A stretch of DNA of 63,751 nucleotides, the filler included, from Octopus bimaculoides (Eukaryota): NCBI RefSeq assembly GCF_001194135.2. It is 12 parts of 12 records of this genome, joined end to end, with 100 filler letters (N's around TTAATTAATTAA, not from the genome) between each part and the next. Parts side by side here need not be neighbours in the genome. Positions count along the whole stretch, not along the records: positions 5,868 to 19,239 come from NC_068983.1; positions 19,340 to 28,243 come from NC_068988.1; 10 more parts are not named here. One strand, given 5' to 3'. Positions 11,239 through 25,279 of the stretch are shown one piece after another. The notes beneath the pieces are model-generated. The model searched no databases and was not told where the DNA came from. It was given only the letters and a program-made list of their open reading frames with translations. The number at the start of each line of letters is the position of its first letter. Within the stretch, counting starts at the first letter, position 1. Made by a program: the position numbers and the translations under genes.

Positions 11239-11675
11239 GGCGGCGAGGTGGCGGAAACGTTACCACGCCGGGCGAAATACTTAGCGGTATTTCGTCTGTC
11301 TTTACGTTCTGAGTTTAATTTCCGCCGAGGTCGACTTTGCCTTTTATCCTTTCGGGGCCGATAAATAAAGTACCAGTTACGCACTGGGGTCGATGTAATC
11401 CACTTAATCCCTTTGTCTGTCTTTGTTTGTCCCCTCTGTGTTTAGCCCCTTGTAGGCAATAAAGAAATAAGAAACGTTAGCACGCCGGGCGAAATGCTTA
11501 GAGGTATTTCGTCTGTCTTTTTGTTCTGAGTTCAAATTTTGCAGAAGTCGATTTTCTCTTTCATCCTTTCGGGGCCGATAAAGTAAGTACCATTTGCGTA
11601 CTGGAGTCGATCTAATCAACTGGCTCTCTCCCACAAAATTTCGGGCCCTGTGCCTAGGGTAGAAAAGAATATATT
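11239..11675 (+). mobile_element. Head-to-tail dimer of family C tRNA-derived SINE (Deu/Nin-like core)
   Basis: GGCGGCGAGGTGGCGGAAACGTT..GCCGAGGTCGACTTTGCCTTT..GGGGCCGATAAA occurs twice (11239-11470 and 11471-11675). CpGs are intact. Confidence 0.85.
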
Positions 11676-12865
11676 CAAGATAGGCTATGCAAAAAAATAA
11701 ACAGAAAAAGCAAAAACAAAAAAACAGAATGGTCATGTCTGGAACGCTTTTCCGATAAGCGGGCCACATGAGATACACGCTCCACCATCAGGCAGACAGC
11801 ACTATTAAAATAAAATTCAACATAATTTTTCGTTAAACATGCCATTCAATAAGTTCCACGGGTCACAGTTACCCATAATTGGCTTAGAACATAGCTCTGC
11901 TCGATCTCGGATGATCGGAGTATTAACATCAAGAACAGCAACAACTTCATTCTTATCAGACTAGACAGACTGCTTACGTCGTTTCTTTAAATCGTTCAAA
12001 TAAAATATATCCAAAGTTATTTAATCTGATATATATTCACATAGAGCTAGAAATTGCTTTATTGAAAGCTGTCAGTTTTTATGTGTTATTATGAAAGGAA
12101 TGTATTATCAAAGTGTTACAATATTTTTCGGTTTAAGAGCCATAAGTATTATAACATCTTGAAATAAAGGTTAATTAGAAATATAGAGAAAATTTCTGAA
12201 ATGTGATGTATGGAAGTAATTGAAATATACTGAACTTATTTAAGTACGTACATACATACGTATATATATATGTACGTACGTATGTATGTATGTGTGTGTG
12301 TATTCATACATATGTATATATGTACGTATGTGTATATGTATATATTTATTCACGTACATGTGTATGTATGCGTATGTATGTGTGTATGTATGTTTACATG
12401 TTTGCACATATATGTGTGTGTTGCTGTGTGCATGTGTGTATATATATGCGTGTGTCCTGTAGTTCTATTATATTCAATTACTGTGGTTGTTTTAACGCCA
12501 AGTATTCTTGAGAGTATTTGAGAAATATAGCTTACAGAATGTTGATTTATCGAATTACACTTGGCAACTGCACATTTAGTTTTTACTTTCCATTTTTATC
12601 TCAAGAGATTTATTAATTCGAACCATATTTTTTTTATCCTCGTTAATTAAAGCGTATTGTAAAATTTATGTATGTAGTCATATGAGTTTTCATAATGCAT
12701 TTTAATTGCAATAACAATGATAGGAGAGGGGAGCCTAAGTTCAGAACTAAGATCGAAATTTACCCTTAAAAAATATTTACTATCAGCAAAGTCTAAGCCT
12801 TTAGGATGTATGTTGTCAGTTGAGAGGAAGAAAATTATTTAAAGAATATATATAGATTTTATATA

Positions 12866-13035
12866 TGTTGTGTCGACGCCCCGAAGGGAAGAAGTAGGCT
12901 CGACCAAGACATATAGAGGAAGTCTGACCGTGGTAGTGTTGGTCTGCCAGTGGACTGACTGTTGAGTAGCTGCCGTGTAGCGGTTGAGTATAGATTATCC
13001 GAAGGTGCTAGATAGCAGTAGCTTGAGACATAACA
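12866..13035 (-). mobile_element. Solo LTR (170 bp)
   Basis: TGTT..AACA termini with a 5-bp TSD ATATA (12861-12865 and 13036-13040). Homologous to 25104-25279. Confidence 0.75.
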
Positions 13036-13719
13036 ATATATTGATGCCCTGGAAAAGATTTAAAACTGCATCCATTGGTGAAGCTCTGGCTCGGTTAGTT
13101 CATGGATTTGGGGCAAGGAATTACATTTTAATCACCTGTGCTTGCTGGTCTGCTCTGAGTACTTGTCAAGGGCCCTAGTTATAGGTCGAAGAAAAGCAGA
13201 TAGATTTGTGGCTAAGACATTCAGGACTTGGAAAGGAGCTTGCCTCCTGGACAGGTATCACACATGAATCTGAGCATACTATGGTGTCACGTGAACCAGT
13301 CTTCCTGTATAAAGGTTTAACAGGCCTTGGAGGATTGGTCCAGGATTAAATAGGAACTGTGTCTGAAGTGCGAATTCAAGAAAGCGTAAGACTTGCAGAG
13401 TGAACTGTAACTATATCACAGAAAGCAATAGGGAATTTATTTCAGTATCTTTCAAAAAAGCTTTAAAATCTTCAAATTTTGATACAGAGGTCTGTGATCA
13501 ATAATGCATGGTAGGAATGGTACACGAAAAGAGAAAGAAATAATGATTCTTTATCGTTAAGCTAAAATTTGAGTAAATTAAAAATTTTCTGAATATAAAC
13601 TCAGGATTTCCTCAGGCTGAAGTCCCATATGTTTATCTCCACTTTTATCTCCAGTTTTCATATTAATTACCGGTTTCCTCGCATAACTGTAAGCTTACTT
13701 GATTTCTGTAAGATCGTTT

Positions 13720-14110
13720 TTGTTGTTGTTGGTACTACGTCGCTTACGACGACGAGGGTTCCAGTTGATCCGATCAACGGGTACAGCCTGCTCGTGAAAT
13801 TAACGTGCAAGTGGCTGAGCACTCCACAGACACGTGTACCCTTAACGTAGTTCTCGGGGATATTCAGCGTGACACAGTGTGACAAGGCTGACCCTTTGAA
13901 TTACAGGCACAACAGAAACAGGAAGTAAGAGTGAGAGAAAGTTGTGGTGGAAGAGTACAGCAGGGTTCGCCACCATCCCCTGCCGGAGCCTCGTGGAGCT
14001 TTTAGGTGTTTTCGCTCAATAAACACTCACAACGCCCGGTCTGGGAATCGAAACCGCGATCCTATGACCGCGAGTCCGCTGCCCTAACCACTGGGCCATT
14101 CGCCTCCACT
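13720..14110 (-). mobile_element. Full-length tRNA-derived SINE family D
   Basis: Minus strand starts GTGGAGGCGAATGGCCCAGTGGTTAGGGCAGCGGACTCG (tRNA-like A/B boxes). Body CACGCTGAAT..GGAGTGCTCAGCCACTTGCACG; (AAC)n tail. Other copies at 50093-50350 and 62445-62625. Confidence 0.85.
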
Positions 14111-14889
14111 GTAAGATCGTTAACACTTTGTTAATCAGCAAGGACATAATTTACTTCGTGGTGGTATCGGGGTTGCTTAATACGAATTTCAAAAACTCTG
14201 CACTCCTCTTAAAGAAATAATGCTCAGTAGTTGTGGAATATTCGACTAGCATTGCTCTATGGATGGTAATGTAATGGTCGGAAAAGGACGATTAGGTGCG
14301 GCAGCTTAGATGCTGGCAAGGTGTTGCGGCTGACTGGACATTGAACTTGCTAGGGCAACAAATACTTTTTGGCATTGAAGGAAAACACACACACACACGC
14401 AGATGACCGAGAAATGTACGCATACAGATCGAGAAACTGAGAGAGAGGTAGGAGACAGAGAGAGACATTGAAACTGAAGAATTGAACACGGTTGACATAA
14501 ACACTTTATTTCTTTTCATACACGTAAAAGGGAACATACAAACAAATGCACAGAGAGAAAGAGAAAGAGAGAGTAAGAGAGATAGAGAGAGAGAAAAAGA
14601 GGGAACATATATATATATATATATATATTTGTATACACCTATACATGTGTGCGTGCACGTGTACGTATGGATACGAGTACCTGTGTGTAATATCTCTCTC
14701 CTTCTCCACTCTCTCTCTCTCTCTCGCCCCCTCTCTCGCCCTCTCTCTCTCTCCCTCTCTCTCGCTCTCCCCTCTCCCCCTTCTCCATCTCCCNNNNNNN
14801 NNNTCCCCTCTCCCCCTTCTCCATCTCCCCCTCTTTCTACCCTCTCCCTCTCCCAGCTTTCTCTCTCTTTATGTATATATATATGCATA

Positions 14890-14925
<36 letters not shown>

Positions 14926-15468
14926 TATATGTATTTATGTATGTATGCGTACATATACTTATGTATGCATAAACACACAGACACACATTCACACACATAC
15001 ACAAAGGTATGCCTATACATATACATATATATACATATATATACATATATCCAATATCTGACTGGCTTACTAACTAGTGATAGTTTATGGATTTTCATAA
15101 GCTGCAAAAGGAGCAAAGGAAACAAAGAAGAAAAAGAAGATAAGCCAAATTGAAGACGGTGTAGGTTGGAAGAAGGAACAAAAGGACATCAGATGAAGTC
15201 GCCTGAAAACATAAGTCTGTTGTGATAAGTCAATATGAATGTAGTCACGTACGACATTGAAGTAGACAGAAATTGATAGGATCAGCGCTTGCTTCTGTAC
15301 ATTTGATTAAATCAGAATGTTGATATTTGATTAAGTTGAAGAATAGCAAAGACTTAAGCCATGTTGCGTTTCGGTGAAAGGCACAGGAAAAAAAAATTTT
15401 CATCCGTTATTTTTAAACATAGTTATATGACAAAACTTTTTGTTTGTTTCAAAAATGAAATGCTTCTG

Positions 15469-15519
<51 letters not shown>

Positions 15520-15623
15520 ATGTGTGTGTGTGTGTGTGTGTGTGCGTGTGTATGGCTGTGTATATTTATATGTATAATTATATATTTATGTATATATACG
15601 TAAATGTAATGTAAATATATACT

Positions 15624-15658
<35 letters not shown>

Positions 15659-15990
15659 TACATACATACAATATACACAATTCATTTCCATACACGCTAA
15701 TTGATGACGAGTATATGTATGAATAGGTGTAGGTATGTATGATGAGAGCACATGTCTATCACACGTGTGTAGGTATATATGTATGTATGCATGTATGTAT
15801 TTATACATCTGTCTGTCTGTCTGTCTCTCTCTGTCTGTCTATATATACATACATATATATATATGCATATATATATATATATATATATTGAACACGATTC
15901 ACATAAACACTATTCCTTCTCATACACATAAAAGGGAAGATACTCACATGCATGAGCACAAAGAGAGAGAGAGACCGAGAGAACATGTAC

Positions 15991-16119
<129 letters not shown>

Positions 16120-16533
16120 AACAGATATTCTCTGTAAAGAATGTAGCTCGTAGTGCTCAATAGATTTGAACTTGTGCAGATAGAAGAGTAAATGTAAGGA
16201 TAAGCATGTTTGGCAAATCGATATGCAAAAAATATTCAAAACATTTAATACAAAAAAACGTATTTTCATATATATATATATAAAGGTCCTACTGAATAGA
16301 ATTGATATCAGCAATTAAAGTGGCTGAATAAGAGGTTTACGAGTGCAACGGGTGTTTCTGGAGGCTTGGTGATCCGAATTAGCGATTGTAAATTGATTCC
16401 ATCATCGGATAATACCAGCGTTGAGAGAAAGGCAGTTAAAGTGGAATGATTTTGTGGAAAACTAAATGTATTAGAAGTTGTAGTTATGAAGTACTTAGAA
16501 AGAGAGTAGTGGGAAGAGAAAATAAATGCCAGG

Positions 16534-16565
<32 letters not shown>

Positions 16566-17377
16566 NNNNNNNNNNNNNNNNNNNNNNNNNNNNNNNNNNN
16601 NNNNNNNNNNNNNNNNNNNNNNNNNNNNNNNNNNNNNNNNNNNNNNNNNNNNNNNNNNNNNNNNNNNNNNNNNNNNNNNNNNNNNNNNNNNNNNNNNNNN
16701 NNNNNNNNNNNNNNNNNNNNNNNNNNNNNNNNNNNNNNNNNNNNNNNNNNNNNNNNNNNNNNNNNNNNNNNNNNNNNNNNNNNNNNNNNNNNNNNNNNNN
16801 NNNNNNNNNNNNNNNNNNNNNNNNNNNNNNNNNNNNNNTATATATATACGCTTGCATGCATGTATATATGCACAAGAATATATACGTGCGTACGCGCGTG
16901 TGTGGTGGCGGTCCGCTCGTTAGATGATCCTGACCATTGATGACAGGTAAGTATCAGAAATGCCCATGCAAGTGTTTTAAGTCGAGTGCGGCTTGCACAA
17001 CACCACCACGATTCTCACTAACAAAGCCAAGAAACCCAGGGACAAGCAGAGTGCAAGATATCCTGCTCATATACAGCAATGGGTTTTATATACTTCTCTT
17101 CTCTTTGAGGGATACCTTAACAAAGATCACGGATACCTCACTCGCTCTGGGCTTAGTGTGACTTCGGACACCAACCCAAGTATTTCTACGTTTCATCACT
17201 CAAATGCTAGTTAACCCACCGCTGGGGCCCTAACAGCTGCAATTTCTCCGTGTCAGAGCAGACCTGTGAAAAATAGTCGGGAAGAGTCGGGTTCGAGATT
17301 CCTCGAAACCCGTAAACTCTTAATCGTGAGCCCCACTACCGGATTCAGATTAAAAGCATAGCCAGGCTTAATATGTG

Positions 17378-17414
<37 letters not shown>

Positions 17415-17419
<5 letters not shown>

Positions 17420-17683
17420 TATCAATAAGTATTCACAATGTTGGCATAGTAACGAAGCTAAAGGACGCAGAGTAAAGCCTGTAGGTACGAATTGACCTTA
17501 ACCTCTTCTGTGCATGCGCATTAAGATTTAATGTTCTAACTCACTTCCGATATTTACAGCAGTGCTTGGTAGGAAGGTGTGTAGCATGTGATCGTCGCAC
17601 TGATCATGACAGAGAAATTTAAGCAGAGGTTCTGCATCATATGTTGCAAAAAGCTCGGCGGTAGCTGTTCAGAGGCCTGCGCA
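17415..17683 (+). mobile_element. Mariner 5' end (terminus, leader and first ~26 codons)
   Basis: Begins at the end of a (TA)n run. ATG at 17606 gives MTEKFKQRFCIICCKKLGGSCSEA, matching the mariner QR.CIKFC.KLG motif. Confidence 0.75.
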
Positions 17684-18174
17684 GGGTTTTCAAAACGTTT
17701 TCATCGTTCTCGACACAATCTAAGAGATCTTGTGCAATTGAAACCCGAGTGTCTTTTTGGACAGCTGAAAGCAGTTTTGGTACAAACTTTGCAGGCATGC
17801 GTCTCATACCCAAATCTTCAGTGATAATGGACTGCACTGAACCGTAACTAATTTGCTTATCCTCTTTATAACTCATAGATGGTTATTCGATGATTTCCCC
17901 TCACAGCTGCATGCACATCCGCGATGTTGTTCTCAGTATTTCTGGTTTTGGGTCTCCCAGAACGTTCGTCAATGTCGACATTTCTGCGGTCGTCTTGGAA
18001 ACGTATGAAACACTTGTATACTTGTGGCTCGTGCACTCCTCTCCATATACTTTCTGCAACTTTGCTTAGGCCTTTGAGCAGGTATCGCCATGACAATTTT
18101 CTCTGGCATGGTCAATGCGACGATCACACGCTACGCACCTTCCTTCCAAGCACTGCTCTAAACAGTGGAAGTAA
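17684..18174 (-). mobile_element. Mariner transposase N-terminal fragment of the same family, opposite orientation
   Basis: Minus strand reads ..DERSGRPKT..RITI..ISYGSVQSIITEDLGMRR.PAKFVPKLL..DLLDCVENDENVLKT. Its leader is homologous to 17541-17620. Confidence 0.85.
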
Positions 18175-18496
18175 GCAAGGAAGATAAAACTTATAGCGTA
18201 TGTACAACAGAATTCATGAACAATCAACAACAATAAGAATTGGGCCTGAGCATTAGGAGACGCCTATAAGGAATGTAAGTTTTGTAAGATTTTTGAGTAA
18301 TATTTGTATTTTATTGATTAATTAAAGATATATTCCCTGTTTATATTCGTTTATATATACATACATATGTACATACATACATATACACAAACATATATAT
18401 ATGAGTATATATACACATACATACACGCATATGCATATATTATATGCACAAATATGTACATATATTTATGTGTATGTAGGTATACACACACATACA

Positions 18497-18531
<35 letters not shown>

Positions 18532-21268
18532 GTGTATGCATTTATGTATGTACATGTGTATGTATACTCACACACAAGTACAAAATCAAATACACATTTG
18601 ACACATGTGAATATATACGCACGAATATCTCGTCGCTTATGAACATGAAAACCTGAGCGTTAGTGCTCGCTTTTTATTATATTCATTCTTGTTATATTTT
18701 TATGTTTTCCCCTTTTGTTTTGGCTTATGTTATGGCCGATCTTGGAATTCCAGGCATGTTTCTGCATGACTGGCTTGCAAAACAAACCTTGTCACGTATG
18801 TATACCCCAAGTCACCAATCATAAATTGTCGATATGAAGATGAAATATTTCTACTTAGAAAATATCGGATGACTGCACCGTATGGAAAGCCTTGGATAAT
18901 TCCTCAGTGTTTACTTTCAGTTTCCATATCGCAGAATCACTGGATCCATTGCTAAAATCTCATTTCAGTTTTTCTATATTAACACTGAAATGGCGAACAA
19001 ATAACCTATATTGGTTACTACAATGAAACATTAATAAATGTGTGTACATGTGTATATATGTGTGTGTGTGTATATATATATATGTGTGTGTGTGTGTGTG
19101 CGTGTGTGTGCGTGTCTGTGTGTACGTGTGTGTGTGTTTGTATGCGTTAGTGTGAGCGTGAATCCGCGCATGAATCTGTGCATATGTGTGCGTGTATGTG
19201 TTGTGCATGCGTGTGTATGTGAATGTATATATATATATANNNNNNNNNNNNNNNNNNNNNNNNNNNNNNNNNNNNNNNNNNNNTTAATTAATTAANNNNN
19301 NNNNNNNNNNNNNNNNNNNNNNNNNNNNNNNNNNNNNNNACTTTTTCACTGTTCTCGGTCTGTTAACGGCTGGGCGTTTCAGAAGAGTATATACTGGCAT
19401 TGACATAGCGACACTTGAGATTTTGTCTAGGTGAATCTAGTCGGTGATAACTAATCAAATTTACTTTAAGAAACGTAATTTAGAAAGTTCGAAACCTAGG
19501 TCTTAGGTTATCCACATCTGGGTTGTAGATTTATTTAATGTTCTTCCTACAGATAAGATGAACTTCTTCTATGTGCACCGCTCGCTAAAGTTTTTGCCAG
19601 TATATATATATATATATATATATACATACAAATAAATATATATATATATATATATCCAGTGAAGCTTTACTATAGCTACGTATATTATCGACTGTTATTT
19701 CCAGTAAATATTGATGCGTTGTTGTACCACTATCTTATTTATACTTTAGCCTGATTGTGCTTTGTTTTACTGGGAAGCAATACTACTGTATTGCACTATT
19801 TGATGTTTTTCTTTATATATATATATATATACACACAAACCCGCACGCACACGCACACACACACAGACACACACACACACACAAACACACACAAACACAC
19901 ACACACGCACATACAAACTCACGCACACACAAACACACACAATCCAGAGAAGAATCAAAAATTGGATCGGATAAGAGAACACCTTAAACGATTACCCTCA
20001 TGGAAACTTCGGGTGAATATATGCGGTGTGTCATTGGTATATTTCTGTATCTACGTAAAATGTGAAATCTACCGGAATATCATCTGTTTAAGAACTCAAA
20101 TATGTAAGTAGCTTATATAAAAGATGCTTTTGTTTCATATATGAACCTTTTTATCTGCATAAGTAACCCAGTTCAGCATTTTCAATGTTTCCACAAAGCT
20201 GCCTCCTGATAATCTATTGACATTAATTAGTTTTAATCGTTTAGTGGATTTTAGATTTCGTACTTTATTTGAAAGGGCATAGTCATGTAAATGATAGAAA
20301 TAAAACGTTTGATAAATTAAACTAAACTAGAGTTATTATAGCTAAAAGATATAATACAAGATATATAATATTGTAACAAATGTAATAATTATCTTCAGAT
20401 CATCAAGTGTTCCTAAAGATGGAATGTTTAAAAATGTTTGTGAATATACACGTTATTTTGCCGTCTAATAACCATTAATAATTTTCAGCATTGAATAATA
20501 ACAATTTGGAAAATCCTGTTGGAGCTGGTAATATATAACAAAAGCATCATTGATTTTATTAAATATTTTATGCAAACTTATAATGTGCTTTTAAGTTTTA
20601 TTCATATAGAGTAAACAAATAATGCATGTGCAGTTCCAAATTTAATGACATACTATTGTTGATGTTGTTGTTATTGCTGTTGAAGGGTTTTTTTTTACTA
20701 CTGTTGCTGTTGCTGTTGATGTTGTTGTCGTCTTTAGTATTATTCGCCTCGTATCTCGTCAAACTTCGAAGTGATTGATCAGAGTAAATGGATTATTTAC
20801 TAAACTTACTCCCCCACAAAACCGTACTCCTACAAGTTTGACGAAAGAAAAGGTTAAATGTATTAATTTTCCTTTACCTTCGTTTTGCAAACTTTAATTC
20901 TTTCTTACATTGTCCAAGCGCATATAAAACATGGTTTTGAATATTCTAAACTATACCATCAAATGGAAAATTGAAAATAAGCAAAATCACACATTTCACA
21001 AACAACAAACAATGAAAACTATCTCGAAATCAAATTATCTCACAGAATGAACATTTAGAAGTATTAAGAAAAAGAGAAATAATTGGGCATTTCATAGCGA
21101 AAAATTATTCGATTATTCCGTAAAGTTTAATCAATATTTTAAACAAGAGCAGTACTAGCGACGCTTGCACAAATGCAAATATTTTAGCCGGGGCAAACAA
21201 GATAAGCAACAGCGTAATGTGAACCAGTTTTATGCTTTCACTAGATAACAGCTGACCCGGGAAAACTG

Positions 21269-21820
21269 TGTATTTCGGGAACCTGTAGCCCGATTTACGC
21301 GAAACGTTTTTTTCCGTTTGTATTCACATTTCAATGTTATCTTATTTTCAGAGTATTAAATTACAAATAACCACAGGCGCAACCAAGCAAGCACGCGAGC
21401 AGGCAATGATAAAGGTACCCGAAAAAAACATGTATCTCGGGAACCCATGGTCCGATTTACGCGAAACTTTTATTCCGTTTGTATTCACATTTCAATGTTA
21501 TCTTACTTTCATAGTATTTTCCCATTATGCGCTGGTTTGGTTGTATTAAATTACAAACAACCACGTACACAAGCAAGCACGCAAATAAAACTATCCATGT
21601 GTTCACAGTAAAGGGCAATAACTCCAGGTTTCACTGCTTAAATTTGTGGAAACAAACTCCAAATCACCGGTGTCTCGAGAATCCGTTGTCCGATTTACGC
21701 AAAACTTGTTTTATTCTATGTGTATTCACATTTCAAGGGTACCTTAATTTCAGGGTATTTTCCCATTATGCGCCGGTTTGGCTGTATTAAATCACAAACA
21801 AGCATGCAAGCAAGCAACCA
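21269..21820 (+). repeat. Three diverged direct copies of a ~130-150 bp unit
   Basis: Copies start at 21269, 21431 and 21671. Each contains CCGATTTACGC.AAAC..GTATTCACATTTCAA..GTATTAAAT.ACAAA..AAGCAAGCA. Confidence 0.8.
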
Positions 21821-24800
21821 CAGAATATTAATAGTATATAGATAGATATAGCGTTTTTCAACATGGTGAAGTTTCTTAAAAAAAAAATGGAGTTAAATAG
21901 TAGATATAGTACAAGAAGGCGGTGAATCTTAGCCCAACCTCTGATTTTTGACAGAACAAGGAGAGAAATTAGATAGTTATGATTTAAGAAACGAAAGTGA
22001 GAAATTGCCAAATATGAAGTAGCGAAATCATTTTCCAGCAAAATGCATTTGTTAAATTGCAAGAGGTGATATAGTTAAAAAGAAATCAATGTATTACTCA
22101 TCAACTCTAAACTAATAGCATTAGCCACCTTTCCTCTCTTGTGCGCATTTGTCAATATGATACTGAAGGCATTAAAACAGATGTTTCCTATGAGAATCGA
22201 TGTACATATAACGTGTTCTGCATATAATAGCTGTATAAATGTCATGCATTTTCTAAAGGATTTTTGACATGCAATCAATTTTCGTTGACTAATCTTATGT
22301 CGATGTGTTTATGTTTGTTTTTACTTAACTACTGGTACTCTGCTTCTCTTTTTTCAATCATTGAATATCCGGCAATGTTAAACTCAAACTGACGATTCAA
22401 GAAGCTTTAACTATTAAATTATTTAAGATTTATTTTGTTTATAGAGTAAACTTCAGTTCCGTAGTAAATACACATATTCATTCAATCCCTATGTACGTGT
22501 GTGTCTGACATTTCAAATTTGTATTAATCTAATCTATATGGTCTAAAGCAACCTCGACAAATACGTGTGGCCCGAAATTTCAATAAAATATTTATTAGAA
22601 AAGCAGTTAACAATAGGTCAGTGAAGCAGTCGTTGTAAATAAATACTCATCTACAACGCGATAGTTCATTAACTGAAACAAAATTTAAAGTATAAATACT
22701 AAATAGCAGTTTCTTCAGTATTTAGATAGTCCAGAAATCAGTTAACCTTCTATACTCCACCATCTACAAGATATTGATTGCTAATATACTTGAAAATCTT
22801 AAGGTTAAGATTAGTGAGAGAATATTGTTAGAGTTATAATTCCATAGTGTTGTTGAAAGGAGGAATGAAATAATGAAATGTTCAGTATAGGGTTTAGTAT
22901 TGAATAGGAATAAAAATGAAAAAGGGAGAGATGTGGATGCATTGCGTGAGCTCAGATATGTCATCTGCCACTTAACTTCTTAAAGCTCGTCTGCAGGAAT
23001 AGTCTCAATACTGTTTTTTTACACTAACTAATCGTTTTTTTGTGAAATTTCTTATGATTTTGTAGACGCATAACATCACTTTATTCTCAGATGTATTAGC
23101 TCTACTTAGGCATCATGGAAGGAGGGTTCACGTCACGGCACTCTTTCTTCCAAGAACTGAATTCAGTATTAAGGAGCATTATTCCAAACAGGTCGCTCGT
23201 ATGCTTTGACCAGATAGCGTCTGCTATTAATTAGGGATGAACTATTTTAGCTCAACTTTGCGCTGCAGTTTTGTCAGTGTTCGTGTACTCCATGAAAAGT
23301 GATCGTCTTAGATTTCGTTGCATTTCGCTTTGAATTCTTTGGTGTTAGATTATTAATGAGTTGAAACATTGTTTCTTTAAGGCTGTGATTCAGCAATACT
23401 ATGGAGACAAGACTATTAGGCCTGCAATATTTACGAAATGAAGAAAGCGTGTTCTCATGTCAGATATTTACTACAATAGCAAATATGTACACTATTTTTT
23501 TTTTAATTTCAGTGATCAAGAGAAAATGAAATTAATAAATATTCATATTCTCTTTTTAAGACTGACCAGTTGTTATCAGTTTGTGAACACTTGGATAGCC
23601 ATTAGTAAATTATCTCAATCAACAGGCTTCAGGAGTTGATGTGTGTTTAAAGAAATAAAGACTTATAAAGTAAAATAGATAAAACGAGAAAATGGAAGAT
23701 GGTTGGTAATAATATTAATTTAATACAATTATTGGTGAGGAATATAACCAGTTGAATGTACTACTCTTGAATTGGCAAATTTACAATCCGATGAGTCTTG
23801 AACACTTGACTTAAAAGTAAACGATATATCATTTTGTGGTATTAACTCTAAAAAAAAAAAGAAACAAAAAAAAACGAGAGTATTTGTTTCAATTAAACGC
23901 AGCACACTAGTTAAGTATTACATATTTTATCGAGCCCTGAATGATGTAAAGAAATGTTTACCCTATGAGAATCAGAAGAGAAAGGGAAAACAAACGCAAA
24001 TGTAATTAAAAGCGGCAATGCATTTTGTTCAACGCTTTAGTAATTCTACTCCCAACCAACCTCCCAACGAACTTCCTTCTACCGGGAATATTAATGCATA
24101 TGAGAAATATTAATATTCTATGAGAATCGGCCGTCAAGAAGACAGCAATGCATTTCGTTTAGTTTAAATTGGTTAACCAAACACACGTATAAATTATAGC
24201 TTTATATGCAACACATGTATTGTCTTCAATATAATGAAATGCTGGTATTGCCTTCTCTATGATGATTGCCAGCTAGTTCATATCATGGTAACATAAGGGA
24301 ACTAATGTAGCAGAATATGTCCTAAATGGATCGAAAAGAATCCTATACAAATTGTCTATCAACGAAAATTACTTCTTGTATCACAACTGGAAACAATCCA
24401 AGGAATGATGGGCTGAATCGATGAAATATATTAAACGTTACATTGAGAGTCGCAAGTACTGATACATCAAATCACAGGATTTCCACATGTGGGAGTTTTC
24501 TACACAAATAGGCATTGATCATGTAAGTGTTTCTATGTATGTATGTGTACGGGTGTGTTTGTGTGCGTCTGTGTGTGCGTGTGTGTGTGTGAATGTGAGT
24601 GTATATGCTTGGGTGTGTGTTTCTGGATGATAAAGAAGTTTCCTTGACAATCATAAAGTCCCAGGTTGGATCTTACTGCATGGTATATTCTCGAAGATGT
24701 TGTAAATCTTGTAAGTGAAATTAAGGCGGTAGATGCAGGATTACGTTGTATTGATTGCATCCATTATTCAGAGACTCACTTTTATTACACTGTGTCACGC

Positions 24801-25049
24801 TGATTCAGTTTGAGAATGAAAACAAAAATATAACAACCTGTGGAATACTCAGCCACCTGTTCGCTTATTCAATGAGCAGATCATTAATAACATGTGTGTG
24901 AGAGAGAAAGAGAGAAGAGAAAAGGAGAGACAAACGGACAGACAGACAGATAGACAGACAGACAGACACACAGACAGACAAACAGATAGACAGACAGAGA
25001 TGTTTCTGAAATTAAATTCTGGTAATACAATAATATCTATGACTCAAAC

Positions 25050-25279
25050 AGTTATGTCTCAATTCTACCAGTAGCTGTGTGAGCATCTCAACCTCGTCGC
25101 CACTGTTATGTCTCAACGCTACTGCTATCTAGCTCTTCGGATGATCTCTACTCAACCGCTACACAACGGCTACTCGACTGCTGCTCGACAGCTACTCGAC
25201 ACTCCTACCACGGCCAGACTACCTCTATTTATATGTCTTGGGAGATCCTACTTCTTCGCCTGGGGGCGTCGACACAACA
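25050..25279 (+). mobile_element. Solo LTR with a repeated 5' start
   Basis: GTTATGTCTCAA occurs at 25051 and 25105; the element ends GACACAACA at 25279. 5-bp TSD CAAAC (25045-25049 and 25280-25284). Homologous to 12866-13035. Confidence 0.7.

Noticed and set aside
13720-14110. tRNA gene
   Set aside because: The tRNA-like head continues into a multi-copy SINE body and tail. No complete cloverleaf gene was seen anywhere in the window.
20756-20844. 11-bp inverted repeat (TCGTCAAACTT/AAGTTTGACGA)
   Set aside because: It may be a MITE remnant, but there is no TSD and no second copy in the window to support a call.
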